From Eledone cirrhosa (taxonomy: Eukaryota), in contig OZ024742.1 of NCBI GenBank assembly GCA_964016885.1, forward strand, positions 321,160,001 to 321,224,000: a stretch of 64,000 bases of DNA, in the 5' to 3' direction. Below, piece after piece: positions 29,950-43,020 of this stretch. Position numbers and translations under genes: made by a program. Each line of letters begins with the position of its first letter. The first letter of the stretch is position 1. The notes below the pieces were generated by a model. It was not told where the DNA came from, ran no database searches, and saw nothing but the letters and a program-made list of their open reading frames with translations.

Positions 29950-30129
29950 ATTTATTAAAATAACAGATTAAAGTTTAAGCAAAGAATCGCTGCTTTCACC
30001 CTTAACGGGATTTCTGAAACTAACAAAGTCAATCTGTGAACGCAGAAGTGAATATTTCAAAAAACGTTGCAACCGGAGGAAGACAGGAAGACGAAACTTT
30101 GGTTCGTGGAAACGTTCCCTGACAAAAAC

Positions 30130-30980
30130 TTTACCACATCTCCTTAGAGCTATCAATTTCGCTAAAACACTCACAGTGGTTAAGGATTTCGAAGTTGTCA
30201 TCCTCAATGCCCGTAAGTCGGTGATTAATTTCGACGACTCTATTTGGATTAAAAAATCTAATAGTACCCCATTCGACGTGAGTATGGGCGCCAGCGATTC
30301 TGCGGAGGTTACTGATCTTATCGGGCCTTTCCTTCTTTTCTCTATCAAGGAAGAATTCCCCAACGTGGGCGGTGGTTTGTACCGTGATGATGGTCTTCTG
30401 ACCATGACTAAGTGCGGCCCACGTGCTTGCGACAGGTTCAGAAAAGAACTCACAGCCTTCTTTAAAGGCTTCAACCTCTCCATACAGGTTGAGGCCAGCC
30501 TCTCGGTCGTTAATTACCTCGACGTTACCCTCAATTTATCGAATGGCTTGCATTACCCGTATAGAAAGCCGAATGATACGCTTAATTACATAAGTAAGCA
30601 TTATAACCATCCTGCCAGCATAACCAAGAACCTGGTAAGAAATGTTTCTTTGAGGCTTTCCCGTCTATCTACTAACTAGCATATTTTCAACGACCATTCC
30701 ACATATTACAATGAACCTCTTGCTCAGAGTGGATTTGTCGGTAAGGTAGCATATACAGAGTACGAGAATAGACCTAGAAGAAATAGATCCCGTATGGTAT
30801 AACCCACCATATAATATGGAGGTGGCCACACCATTAGCTAAGATCTTTCTCTCCGTTATAATGAAGCATTTTCCCCCTACACATAAATATAGTAAAATTT
30901 TAATAGAATTACTATTAAAACTTCTTACTCTACGACTCATAACTTTGCACATAACATCACAGCTTCAAATTTAGCTAAAC
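30130..30980 (+). pseudogene. Naiad-like PLE reverse transcriptase fragment
   Basis: PFDVSMGASDSAEVTDLIG, GLYRDDGL, VNYLDVTLNL, YPYRKPN, SNHP-like motif and a downstream WYNPPY; frameshifted and truncated. Confidence 0.85.
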
Positions 30981-31058
30981 TACCTAGCTAAATTTGAAGC
31001 TGTGAAAATTCGAAATTTCGAATCTTCACACATGACGTCTCTGTGTGTGTGTGTCTCC

Positions 31059-31220
<162 letters not shown>

Positions 31221-31625
31221 ATCTGTCTATATGCCTGTCAATTAATAGTTATCTATTTATGTATATTTACTAATTTATCTATCTTCAAACAAGAATTACA
31301 ACAACAAAGCATAGATCGAAAATAGATAGAGAGACAGATAGATAGATTTCTTTATTTACCATAAAGGCATAAAAAGAAGGGACAAATACAAAGGGGGAGT
31401 TTACATACAATCGAGTAAAAAGGGTATAAAATTAAAATAATCGAAAATAACCTCAAAAGGGAGGGGACGTGATGGGGGTTGCACACACACCCGAAAAAGT
31501 GTGCAATCCTTTGCCCGGGGAGCACATGGAGAAGGTGCTCCCCTCTCCTTTACTTCTTTACCTACAGGATGGTATACAGAGAAGGCCCATTTACACGAGC
31601 CATTCTCGCTACTATCACCCACCTT

Positions 31626-33902
31626 TCATAAAACTGCCTGTGGCCAAGCACCTCTCTCCATTCTTATCCTTCTTCCGAAGTGATATCGGAAGAAGTAGAC
31701 CAGACTATGGCCAGAGAGGAAGTTGCCTGACTTCAGACCTTTCAATCGTGTCCACCAAACAACCTCTTTCAACATGGCTATTACGCACAGAAAAACCGCC
31801 TTTGCTTCCTTTGTGAAGAGGGGAGGCGGTTTGATTGTCATCACGGACTCGGCGGTCAATTGAATCGGCGTCACCCGCGATAGCAGTCGTTCGGCGTAGC
31901 CCCACAGATCAGCCACGCCCGGACATTGCACCAATGCGTGCGCAACGGTTTCTTCGTGACGCACGCATCTAGGGCAAATCTTTTTTGAGGGATCCCTGCC
32001 CGGGTTCCCGTGTCTGTAGAGCCTCTCTCGAACGGGTAGAGCCCCTCGGTAGCACTGCCAGGCCAGTGACTTCTGGAAGTTGTCCATTGGTCCTGGGCCG
32101 AAAGTCCTACCGAACAGGCTGGCCAGTTCGTCTTCTTCCATGTCCAGCGACTCTCCAAGGGTGTCATCGCCCCTGCTAGCCACCAGCCCTCTATAGAATG
32201 ATGAGGTGAATTCTCCACCGATGGCCTGGCCCGCTTGCCAGAGAGCCCTGAGCGCCTGAGCACACTCAGTGTGCCAGTCTCCCAGTTTTCCGGATCTTTG
32301 CTTGACCCAGGACTGTAGCTCGGTGAGCGAGACGAGTCTCGGAAAGGCTCGTTTCACGAACGGAGCCCACACCGGTTGACCAGTGAGGAATACCTGTAGG
32401 TGCCGTAGCCTTAATGCGTGCCTACGCATCATCAACCACAGCATCCCCAGCCCTCCTTTCGAAGGTTGTTGGCAGCAGATGGATCTTCTCACCATAGGAG
32501 GGCGCTTCTTCCAAAGAAATTGGAAGAGCATGCGTTCCATGGTGGTGAGTGTTTCCTTAGGGCAAGGCACGATAGTCAGGCGGTAGTAAGTGACGGACGC
32601 TATGTAAATGTTCGCCACCTCCGCCCGGCCTTTTAGGGACAGCTTACACTTGGCCCATTTCTGGGTTAGTGCAAACACCTTGTTCGTAACCTCGTTCCAG
32701 TTCTTTTCCACCTGGAGGTCCGGTCCAAACCAGACCCCAAGCAACTTTACCGGGCCCTCCGTCCAGTGTCCGACGACACCGTCGGGAGGCATCGGTCTGC
32801 CTCTCCACGTTCCGAATTGCAGCCCGATGGATTTTTCCCGGTTCAGTTTCGCTCCTGACAACCTTTCGTAATCCTCCAGTAAGGTACCGATCGCCTCGAT
32901 CTCCGAGTCGGTCGATACCATTACTGTTACGTCATCGGCGTAGGCCGACACCGCTTTGCTCAATCCTGGTTCCAGGGGGATACCCTGCAACAACTCCAAC
33001 TTCCTCAGTAAAGGCTCGAGAGTCAATACGTACAGAAGGGAGGAGAGAGGGCACCCCTGTCGAATGGATCGTGTGATTTCGAACGGCTTCGAAAGGTAGC
33101 CGTTCACCTTGATCCTAGAACAGATGTGGTTGCTATGTAAGGCAGTGATCCAGCCTCTGAAAACAGGACCGAACCCAGCCGCCGTTAGCACCTCATCCAG
33201 GTAACCATGGTCAACCCTATCGAAGGCCTTAGACTGATCCAAGTTGATCAGGGCCCCACCGAAGCCGGGTTTGTTGCCAACCCTCTCTATGATGTATCGC
33301 ATGAGGTGGAGGTTATCGTGAATGGACCTGGATGGGATAGCACATGTCTGCGCATCTCCCACCAGGCCACCCACGACAAGCGCCAACCTCTTTGCTAACA
33401 CCTTGGCCAAAATCTTTAACTCTGTGTTTAGCAGGGTTATGGGCCGAAAATTATTTATACTATCTCCCTTGTTCTCGTCCTTCCTCACCAGCGTGACTAC
33501 GCCCTTGGCTACAGAACAAGGAATTCTCCCGTTCTGCTGCCAATTGCAGTAGACCGCTTCGAGGAGTTCGGAGAAGAAGACCGGCATTGCTAAATAAAGT
33601 TCGTAAGGTATACCATCGAGACCTGGAGATTTGCGTCTGCTGCATTGGCTCAGCGCATCTCCGATCTCATCAGCCGAGATTGGTCCCTCGCAGGACTCTG
33701 CCTCTTCGCTCGAGAGACGTGGCAGGCCGTCGAGGTATGGACCGAAATCCACGTCCCCGCCCGGACCCTCGCCTCCCCCGAACAATCGGGCAAAGTGCCT
33801 TTGAAAGGCCTCGCACATCTGCTTAGGTTCCCGGATCACCCGTCCATCTTCGTCTTGCAACGACCGGATGGTGGATCGATTTCCACTCTTAGCTTCTGTC
33901 AC
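31626..33902 (-). CDS. Tx1-like ORF2 RT domain and C-terminal Zn finger (part of a frameshifted ORF2)
   Basis: KSPGLDGIP, FRPITLLN, LDQSKAFDRVDH, RQGCPLS, YADD, CPRC..ETVAHALVQC. Confidence 0.9.
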   Translation of the reverse strand: MTEAKSGNRSTIRSLQDEDGRVIREPKQMCEAFQRHFARLFGGGEGPGGDVDFGPYLDGLPRLSSEEAESCEGPISADEIGDALSQCSRRKSPGLDGIPYELYLAMPVFFSELLEAVYCNWQQNGRIPCSVAKGVVTLVRKDENKGDSINNFRPITLLNTELKILAKVLAKRLALVVGGLVGDAQTCAIPSRSIHDNLHLMRYIIERVGNKPGFGGALINLDQSKAFDRVDHGYLDEVLTAAGFGPVFRGWITALHSNHICSRIKVNGYLSKPFEITRSIRQGCPLSSLLYVLTLEPLLRKLELLQGIPLEPGLSKAVSAYADDVTVMVSTDSEIEAIGTLLEDYERLSGAKLNREKSIGLQFGTWRGRPMPPDGVVGHWTEGPVKLLGVWFGPDLQVEKNWNEVTNKVFALTQKWAKCKLSLKGRAEVANIYIASVTYYRLTIVPCPKETLTTMERMLFQFLWKKRPPMVRRSICCQQPSKGGLGMLWLMMRRHALRLRHLQVFLTGQPVWAPFVKRAFPRLVSLTELQSWVKQRSGKLGDWHTECAQALRALWQAGQAIGGEFTSSFYRGLVASRGDDTLGESLDMEEDELASLFGRTFGPGPMDNFQKSLAWQCYRGALPVRERLYRHGNPGRDPSKKICPRCVRHEETVAHALVQCPGVADLWGYAERLLSRVTPIQLTAESVMTIKPPPLFTKEAKAVFLCVIAMLKEVVWWTRLKGLKSGNFLSGHSLVYFFRYHFGRRIRMERGAWPQAVL

Positions 33903-34992
33903 GCGGGCCCAGCCAACGGCTTTGGCCCCCTCAGAGTACGTATTTTACTTCGAATGACGCAGCCTTCGTGCTTTGCATCGAAAAAAAACTGGTTCAAGGC
34001 CGTCCTCGATGCCAGCACTCTGGTCACATCTTCGCTCTTGATTGCCTCTTCTAATTTACCTGTTAATTCTTTCTCGTTTCTATTCCTATCGGCAGCTAAC
34101 ATCTTGCTATAACTTATTGATTCTGTTTTAATCTCTCTTTTGAGAGATTCCCACCATCGGTTGTTGACGATTGCACCCGTCAACCTCTCCTTAACTAATC
34201 TGCTAATCCGGTTTCTGTAAGTCTCTTTTGCCGGTAAAGACAAATTAAGTTTCCAGTAACCGGGACCCTGTTTATGTGTTTTCTCGAGATTGACTACGCA
34301 GGTCACTAATTTGTGATCCGTGTAGCCAACCGTGTGCATTTCTGGACAGCTTAATATGTCCCTATCCTTACTTCTAACTAAGAATCTATCTAAGTACGAT
34401 CTAGATTGACCACTGTGGTTTCTCCAAGTCCAGGTTGGCACAGTTGGAAAATCTAGTCGATATCTATCGACTAAGTTAAAACGGTCGAGTAACCCCTTGA
34501 GGCTGTTACACCCCCTCTATTAGGACATGCTCCTGCATAGTCCCAACGTGCATCTAGGATGTCATTCCAATCCCCCGCTAGAAGCAGGGAACGCGACGTT
34601 CCCAGAAAAGTCTCTAAACGCTGGAAGAAGTCGGGCCGTTCAGCTCCGAAAGGGGAGTAGACGGCGACCAGTCTTAAGGCCGCTCCTTCACTACTGCCAA
34701 CGTCTAGCACCAACAAACGACCCCCCGGGTCCGAGTGCACAACCTGTACGGCAAGACCCAGGTGTTTTTGCAGCAGTACGACAACCCCACCCCCACCTCC
34801 AGGTTGACAGAGAGATGCATGCACCTCAAAGTCATCGAAGGTAGGGGCCAGCTGCCGCACGACGCTGATCCGAGTCTCACAGATAACCATTACATTTATA
34901 CCACATGACCTGAGGTCATTTAGAAGCTTTGCTTGCTTCCAAGTCGAGCCCAAGCCACGTGCATTCAAACATCCTACTCTTAACACATCCAT
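33899..34992 (-). pseudogene. Tx1-like ORF2 AP endonuclease domain and linker, frameshifted
   Basis: CLNARGL, ICETR, VYSP, AGDWN, WTWRN, LDRFLV, TDH and GYWKLN, spread over ORFs 34471-35544 and 33899-34441. Confidence 0.88.
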
Positions 34993-35371
34993 GTGGGCGG
35001 CAGAGCCAAAGGAGAGTGTAGAGACATACCTTTCCGCTTCCCGGGGTTCGGGTCGCACGACTTCCATGGGGTCGGGGGTGTTGGGTGAAGGGGTGTCTTG
35101 TGGTGGTGTGGGGTCGTCAGTGTGTGGTGGGGTTGGGGTGTTTGGAGTTGTGTTGGGGAGGGGAAGGGGAGGGGGAAAGCTTTTTAGTAGGACGCGGTGT
35201 ATGGGTTTGACAGAGGGTGGTCCTACGTCCTCCTTAAAATCCATTTTTAGTTTTTGGTAGAGGTTCATTGGGATCTTTATTAATTTTAAATGTGGGTAGT
35301 TTTCTGAAGAAACAAAGTTTACACCTTCGGTTTGTACCGAAGGATTATTGTTTATGAGTTCATTTAATTTA

Positions 35372-36930
35372 TTATTGTTTCTGTTGATGTAAGTATAGTG
35401 TAATGTCTTTTTTTCGGATGGTGTGAGTGTTTCGAAGAGGGGAGGGACAGGTTTGGTTTTGTTTGTTGCTGGAGGGGTGTTTTCTGTTTTGTTGGATTGT
35501 GTTGACATTTGGGTGGGGGTTGTTTGGCCTTGTGTGTTTTGCACATGTTTTCTTTTTTTTCCTTTTAATCTGTCTGAAGGACTCCGTTTCTTCCTCCGAA
35601 TTCGTTAGGTTATCTTCAGTGTTGGAGGGAAGAGGTATGTTTGCTGGTAATGTTTCCGTGTTGGTTTTCTTTGTGGGGGAGATGGATGTCACTATGTTAG
35701 ACTGTGTTGTGTGTTGTGTTTGCGGTGGTTGTGTTGTTTTATTGAGTGAGGGGTTGGGTGGGCCTGTATTTTGTTTTGGGGTAATGTGTTGTGACTGTTT
35801 GTGTTGTGGTGGTGGTGTAGTTTTACTGAGGGACGGGTTGGGTGGGACTGAGTTTTGTTGTTTGTTTATCTGTTGTGGTGGTGGTGGTGGAGCTGGTGTT
35901 GGTAGCAGGGTTTTCTTTTTGTTGAGTTGGAGACAAGCGGCCTTCAGGTGCCCTCTGCCTGCACAGATATGACAGGATGGCCTTCTCCCCTCCACGCTAA
36001 TGTTTATATACCCGTGGCCCTCTAATAGGATTCTGTCGGGTATTTGGGCGATGCGTTCAGGCTTCATTTGCCCTACCAGCTCTATTCCTGTTCCACTGAA
36101 CGCATTGCCTGTGGTTTTCCCAATGGAAATCACGTTGTCATTCACTGGATCGATGAAGCCAGCTATGAGCCAGCAGTAGTCCACATCTGGCATCATTGCA
36201 TCCAGCCATATGCGTTGAGTTCTTTTACCCATATAAGATGGATAAAAGGTAAAAATTTTCGAACGTATCGGTGACAAAGCACATTTTTTTGCCGCCGATT
36301 CGTTCTTCATGATAATTGCTAGGCTTCCATACAGTCTGTCTTTTCTTATGAAAGTGGTTTCATTAAGTACTTCTGTGAGTACTGTTTTGATATCTGCCTG
36401 AGTTGGCTGTTCAGGTTTTTTTGAAGTGTTGTTAATGGTGCGGAACACGACCGTTCGACTTTCAATGTCTTTGGTGAGTTCTTGAGGCATTTTAACCGAT
36501 AAAATACCATTCTCTCCTTCACTTATGTATTGTTTGGCGTCTGTGATTCTTCGTGCCACATCTGAAATATTTTCGGGTATATATGTCAAAGATTTCTTTG
36601 TTTTTTGTGCAAATGAAATCTTGTTGACTCTGTCGTCTGCTTTGCTTTCTGTTATGGTGTTATTTTCAAATGTTATTTTTGTGTTTGTCGTGTCTTTGTT
36701 TGTGGTATTAATATTGTCATGCAATTTTTCAAATTTTTTTTTTTCGTTGTTGGAATCCATGTCCAGATTTGTGTCTTCGTCATTTTTCTCCGCAGATTCG
36801 TCTGTTTTTATTTTGTTTTTTCCTTCCTTCTCTATGACGTTAGTTGGGAAGGAAGGGGGGAATAAAGCGTGCGAGCTTACAACTCTTACCGCTGTCCCCC
36901 CACCACTGTTTTCGTTCGCTTCGTTTAACA
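35372..36930 (-). CDS. LINE ORF1 (gag-like nucleic-acid-binding protein)
   Basis: CHICAGRGHLKAAC zinc knuckle and a P/Q/T-rich tail; lies upstream of ORF2. Confidence 0.8.
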
Positions 36931-37185
36931 TTTCTGTCAGACGATTGAAAATTTTTTTTTCTTTTGCCACAAAATTTAAAAAAACAGGTTTTTCACCTCT
37001 AGGAGGGGTAAAGATGGGCTGACCCACCGTCTGACAGTTCAGACGGGGGGTCAAGCTACACAATAGTATCAAAATTAAATTTGAACTCACAAAATTTCCG
37101 CAATAAATTTGAACAAAACTTCTGCGCGAAGTGAATTACATCCACACTGTAGAACAGACGACAGCTAGATCTATTATAGAGAGAC

Positions 37186-37191
37186 AGATAA

Positions 37192-37245
<54 letters not shown>

Positions 37246-37246
37246 T
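37186..37246. repeat. (GATA)n
   Basis: Visible in sequence. Confidence 0.97.
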
Positions 37247-37731
37247 TCTTTATTAGCCACAGGGGCACAAAAGAAGGGGACAAATACAAAGGGGGAAGTT
37301 TACATACAATAAAAACGTGTAAAATGTTATCACAGATGGAATTTAAAAGTTAGTCGATTTTCCCCAATAGAGGGAGACAGTTTATATGGGTAACACATAC
37401 CCCCTAAAAAAAATGTGCAACCCTCATCTCCAGGAGTACGAAGAGCTTGTACTCCTTTCCTCTCCTCCTCCTTTTCCTCAACCTACAGGCTGATATAGAG
37501 AGAAGGCCCATTCACTCGGGCCATTCTCGCCACTTTCACCCATCTTTCATAAAACTTGCTGGGGTACAGCACCTCTCTCTCCATCCTGATTCTTCTTCCA
37601 AAGTGGTATTTGAAAAAAAGAATCAGTTGTTGGCCGGAGAGAAAGGTGTTTGACCTCAGCCCTTTCAACCTTGTCCACCATACAACCTCTTTCGCCATAG
37701 CTATCACACAAAGGAAAACCGCCTCTCCTTC

Positions 37732-37732
<1 letters not shown>
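37245..37732 (-). mobile_element. 5'-truncated divergent Tx1-like 3' end
   Basis: EAVFLCVIAMAKEVVWWTRLKGL..YHFGRRIRMERE, homologous to the 31345-31810 end; flanked by (GATA)n on both sides. Confidence 0.9.

Positions 37733-37806
<74 letters not shown>
37731..37806. repeat. (GATA)n
   Basis: Visible in sequence. Confidence 0.97.
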
Positions 37807-38540
37807 GCCTGTATATAAGTAGAACAAAGTTTGATAAGAATTAAGTGGATATATATGTATGTGTGTGTATGTCTGTGTGTGTATGTTTGTAAAGATATAT
37901 AAAGTATATAAACATACATACTTATACACATATAACATTTATACAGCTGTGTCAGTAGCAATAACAATAGCAGAAACAACAACAACAATAGGAATGTAGA
38001 CCGAATTTGTTTTCTAGAAAATCCTGGTAGGTTAACCTCGGTTCTGAGAATTTCTTTATCTAAAATTTAATAATGTTTATCGCTACTCTGCACTTTTACA
38101 CTGCTTTTAATACTAACATATACACACATACACAAGCACATACATACAGACAGACAGACATATGCCAGCACGTACATACATACATTTACACAAACGTACG
38201 GAGATACATATACACATATATACACACAAACATAAAAAAACATAGACATTCAAACGAAATAACACACCGACGCGCAAACATATATATATATATATATACA
38301 CATGCTTACACATGTGCACACAAACTTCCACATATAGAAACATACGCATACATTTCTAATCAGCACAAACACATACGTACACATATATGTGGTTGACAAA
38401 CAAGACGACCAGCTTTCTAACCTAATCTGATAAAAATATATAATTTTAGAGACTCAGTTTGATATAAAAACAACCACTAATCTAGTGTTTACATGACTCT
38501 GGCTATGACACAAAACTGCTCCTTTTAAAGTGATACTATC

Positions 38541-38695
38541 TGGATTGGCAGTATCGGTAGAACGTTGGACAACGTGCTTTATGAGTTCAAATTCAGCCTA
38601 TGTTAGCTATGCTTTTCATCCGCACTGGGGCCGATTTAATTGACTTTCCGCTCCCCCAAAGTTATTGGCCTTGTGTCTAAATCAGAAACCAATAT
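38541..38695 (+). mobile_element. SINE S1 (internally deleted)
   Basis: TGGATTGGCAGTATCGGTAGA..GAGTTCAAATT..GGCCTTGTGTCTAAAT. Confidence 0.7.
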
Positions 38696-38859
38696 TTAAA
38701 CACTTAGAAACCTTAACAAAATGTGGAGAAATTAAATTATATTTCTAAATCACGTCAAATTCTTATTTTCAAATGGTTTGAATATCCAGGTAGTAGCTTT
38801 CATTAGAAATATTATAATGAAAGTATATTGAGAATTAATATTATAATAAAAGTATATTG

Positions 38860-40500
38860 AGAATTACAGTTAATTTAATGTTAACATAATAAAAAGAACA
38901 TTAAAAATAGTACTTAAATTAGGGTTAACATATTTATCATAGAGGCAATAAAATAATATTATCGTTAGTGTTACCAGTTAACATACAGAGCATTAGACAT
39001 AATAGTTACTATATGTTAATAAATTTAATGTGGAGTGCATTAAAAATGATAATTGAGCTGTTAACATATTTGATACAGGGAACATAAAAATATAATGGGT
39101 TATGTTAGAGTTAACATTTAAGGAAAAGGAATTAAAAATGATACTCATTGAATAGGTTGGCTGCCAAGTGTTGCACGGTAGGAATTAACATCGGTACAGC
39201 AAATACTCAAACATTCGTTTTCTCGAGAAAGCCTGCACAGTATGTTCTGAGTGTGAGTGGAGTTACAGGTGGAAAAGTTCCAGTATCTCGGGGCCGTTTT
39301 AACAAGCGATACAAGGCAGGAGGCTGAATTAAGTGTAAGAATTGCTGGAGTTGGTGCAATAATACGCCAGCTTCAGCATTCGATCAACAGAAGAAGGGAG
39401 GTATGTGTAAAAGCTAAATTCGATATCTTCTATTCGGTGTTCATACTTTCCTTTGTTGTCTATGGTCATGGGTTTTGGTAATGACCGAAAAAATACGATC
39501 ACGAAAAAGCGACTGAAATGAAAGTTCCTCTGAAAAGTTTTTGTTACTCGAAGAGATGCATAGTTTGGAGATCAAGGAGTCGATTCGGATGGAGCCGATA
39601 GGGTACATTAAAAATAATTGTTTCTACTTTTGGCACAAGGCCAGCAATTATCCCAGTGCATTACTGGTGCTTTATTTTATCGACCCCGTACCGAGGGTAC
39701 ATTAAAAATAATGATTAAGTTAATGATAGCATATTTGATACAAAGAACCTTTAAAATAATACATTAAGTTAGTATTAACATATTTAATGTGAGAACATTA
39801 AAAACATTTTAACATATAGAGAGCTTAAAAAGTAATATGTTGATACTAACTTATTAAATAATAAAATCATAAGTAAATTGGCGTTAACATGAATGTATTT
39901 AAAGATGGGGAGGGGGGCATTAAAATAATAGGTTAGTGATAACATATTTAGTAAGTAGTAAATGAAGATAAACCAAACTAGATGACCGCTGGTTTCAAAG
40001 TTATGGCTTACTCGATAAATTAACGTGTTATTGGTTGAGTATTCCACAGACACGTGTACTTTTAATATAATTATCTGGAGAATTCAGCATTACATAGTGT
40101 GTGATGAAGATGTTCCTTGAATTACAGATAAAGTTCATCTTGTATTATATTGTAAATAGCAGAATATTCCGCAACCACATCAGCTCTCCCACCTCTAAAA
40201 ACCCAAATAGGGAGTACCATGAAAGAAAGTTCCCCAAAACGGGTAGAAATGAAGCAAAATGAGGAGATTTTACATCATGAAAGCTATACCCATTTTCACA
40301 AGAGAAGACATTTCTCATCCACCCCAAAGTGGGTGGGAGATCTCCCCGTCGGACGGGACGAGTTGACAGTGTTAATTAGGTTAATGTAGAGGGCATTAAA
40401 AATGATAATTGAGCTAATGTTAACATATTTGGTAGAGAGGATATAAAATAAACAATGGGTTATGTTAGGGTTAACATTTAATGAAAAGGCATTTCATTAT
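38860..40500. repeat. Degenerate AT-rich tandem repeat (TTAACATA...CATTAAAAATAAT), interrupted by RTE and SINE pieces
   Basis: Recurrent TTAACAT and CATTAAAAAT motifs at roughly 40-bp spacing. Confidence 0.55.
39160..39600 (+). pseudogene. RTE-clade LINE RT fragment
   Basis: QVEKFQYLG..DTRQEAELSVRI..YGHGFW.MTEK. Confidence 0.8.
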
Positions 40501-41688
40501 GAAAGTGGGTGGTAGATCTCCCCGTCGGATGGAGAGAGTTTGACAGGTCTGCCACATGTGCCCTTAACATGATCTCTCTGTGAGTTTCAGTGTGTGACAA
40601 AGCTAGCCCTTTGGATTACAAGTACAGTCCATCTGATGTAAAAAAAAAACCTTGTTGAATTTGACACATAGTGGGATCGATCCCGGAATGTCATGGTTGT
40701 GATGGAAACTTCTCAAACATTCGGCTCTGCTGCATGCATCTATAGGTAATAACACAGACCAAACAATATGAACAAAATTATAATTTTACTGCTTATACAT
40801 ATACAGGTTTAGCTGCCCCTCCCCGCACCGCCAATTTACATAGGAGGTTTCTTGTTAATGATAGATACCCTAGCCCTATCAAAGGCATGACCTTGTTGCT
40901 CTTGTAGTTACAGCTTACACCTATGCGAGTTTAGCAGATATCTTATGAGGTTCCGTCTCACAAGAGCTTCCGTGAGTGTTTTAATGATAGGGTCCCCAGT
41001 CTTGTCATAAAAAGCAACGTGAAAGAGAGTGTCACCCGATTCAGGAATAGAAACCAAGACCTTCTGATCGCGAGTTCAACAGCTTAACCACCAAATCACA
41101 CGGCTTCGCCAAAATAATATACTTCAGCACATGCTTGAACTATTGTTTTTTTTTTCTATTTGCTTTGATTATTTTCTTCGCTTGTTTACCGCATTTCCTG
41201 GCCTCATTAGCAGTGAATGATTGACCAGAGAGACTGGACATATTGACGGATCGATTGACCAACCCAGCAGTTTGATCAATAACAATGCCCCCATCATTGA
41301 CCGCTGCTCTCTCACCAAAATGGCGAATGTATTTTTCGTGTGAATGGCGGACAAAAAATAACAACAAAAAGAAACTAAAAGCAAAATTAGCCACAAAATG
41401 TTGTCAGACAATGGACGGGATATGTGGTGGATTGAATGGAGCACTTGAACACTTCACATATGCAAATTATTAGGCTAAGAGCAAAGGGGCAAAAGTTGTT
41501 AATCTTGTTGTTGTTTTTGCTGTTGCTATTGTTGTTGTAGTTGTTGTAATGTTGATGTCGTTGTTTATGTTGTTGTAACGTTAATGTTGTTTTTAATGTT
41601 GTTGTTGATGTAATGTCGATGTTGTTGAAACGTTGATGTTGTTTTTATTGTTGTAATGTTGATGCCATGGATTTAACGTTGTTAACGT

Positions 41689-41732
<44 letters not shown>

Positions 41733-42419
41733 CATTTTGCCTAAGATGCCACTCAGAGGGATCGAAGCACGAAACTTAAAGGAATGTGAATGTCGGATTC
41801 TTTGCTTGTGAAGATCAGTGGGAAAAATTATTGTCCAAAGAAATGTAAAGCGAACTATTTAACCGTTCGGTCACTAACGTAAATCGAAACTCACTCACAG
41901 GATTGTATTGACTCAAGACTGCGCAGTGGGAACTTAATGAAATGTTAAATGAACTTCTTAAACATGCTGTCAATAAAATGGATTTAGTTCTATCACAATA
42001 CAATATTAACAACAACAACGTTGTTGGTAATGATGGTGATGTCGTTAGCGGAAAAGATCAAACTTGTGTTCACCTTAAAGTAAACAGGTTAACGATTCCA
42101 CCAATATTGGAAATTTATTTCTATGTTAAATCGAACCCACAACACCATATTTGCAAGAACAGCATAGCTGGATCGGTATTATTACTCGTGGTGGTGTCAT
42201 ATAGTGGGAACTCAACCTTTTGCCTTTACGGCTTTCCTACATAAGTAATGATGGTGGGATATGGTATATGTTTGTATTGCATAACTCAAATAATATTATA
42301 ATGGGTAAAAAAGTTCAAAGATGACTTAGTTAATAGAATGGCGGTCCGTTCTCTTGGAGATATAAATATCATGGACATTTCACAATACATGAGGGACCAT
42401 AAAGCGAAAGTAAAACCCC

Positions 42420-42422
42420 GGA

Positions 42423-42474
<52 letters not shown>

Positions 42475-42475
42475 A
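42420..42475. repeat. (GAAA)n
   Basis: Visible in sequence. Confidence 0.95.
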
Positions 42476-42802
42476 GTTGGAAAAGGAGAAAGAATGGATA
42501 AAAAGGCAGGAAAAAAAGAGAGCGTTTGTATGTAAACGATCTGTTTCGCTAAATAGGAAAAGCTAATCGGAATAAATAAATGAACGCCTTTTAAAACAAA
42601 CCAACGATATATTCATATTTAAACGTGCGTTAAAAACCTCGCTAGGCTTGATACTGTCGGTTTAATAAAAGAAATCATCATCATCATTATTTTTATTGCT
42701 TGTTGTTACTGCATTGCCGAGCACAAATCTGTCTGCCCTGGCTATGTGCAGTGTAGTTTTTGGTGTTGTTATTATTGTTGTTATTATTGTTGTTGTTATT
42801 AT

Positions 42803-43020
42803 TGGGCGGTGGATTTGTAGTATCGGTAGAGCGTCGGACAACATGCTTTGAGGCATTTAGTTACCGCCCTTTACGTTCTGAGTTCAAACCCCGCCGAGGT
42901 TAGCTTTACCTTTCATCCTTCGATAAAATGAAGTACCAGTAATGCACTGGGATCGATTTGATCAACTTTCCCTTTCCCTTCAAATTGCTGGCCTTGTGCC
43001 TAAATTAAAAATAATTATTA
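42803..43020 (+). mobile_element. Full-length SINE S1
   Basis: GGGCGGTGGATT..TCGGTAGAGCG..GAGTTCAAACCCCGCCGAGG..TGCTGGCCTTGTGCCTAAATT, with an (ATT) tail. Confidence 0.85.

Larger units (their letters stand above)
31345..37170 (-). mobile_element. Near full-length Tx1/L1-clade non-LTR retrotransposon inserted in (GATA)n
   Basis: ORF1 with a CCHC knuckle; ORF2 with APE, RT and C-terminal CxxC..H..C; 3' AATAAA; GATA repeats at both ends. Confidence 0.92.

Noticed and set aside
30075-30125. Hammerhead-like GAAACGUU upstream of the RT fragment
   Set aside because: The CUGA core and stem I 5' strand are absent
31985-37022. Plus-strand ORFs overlapping the LINE
   Set aside because: Antisense shadows of ORF1 and ORF2
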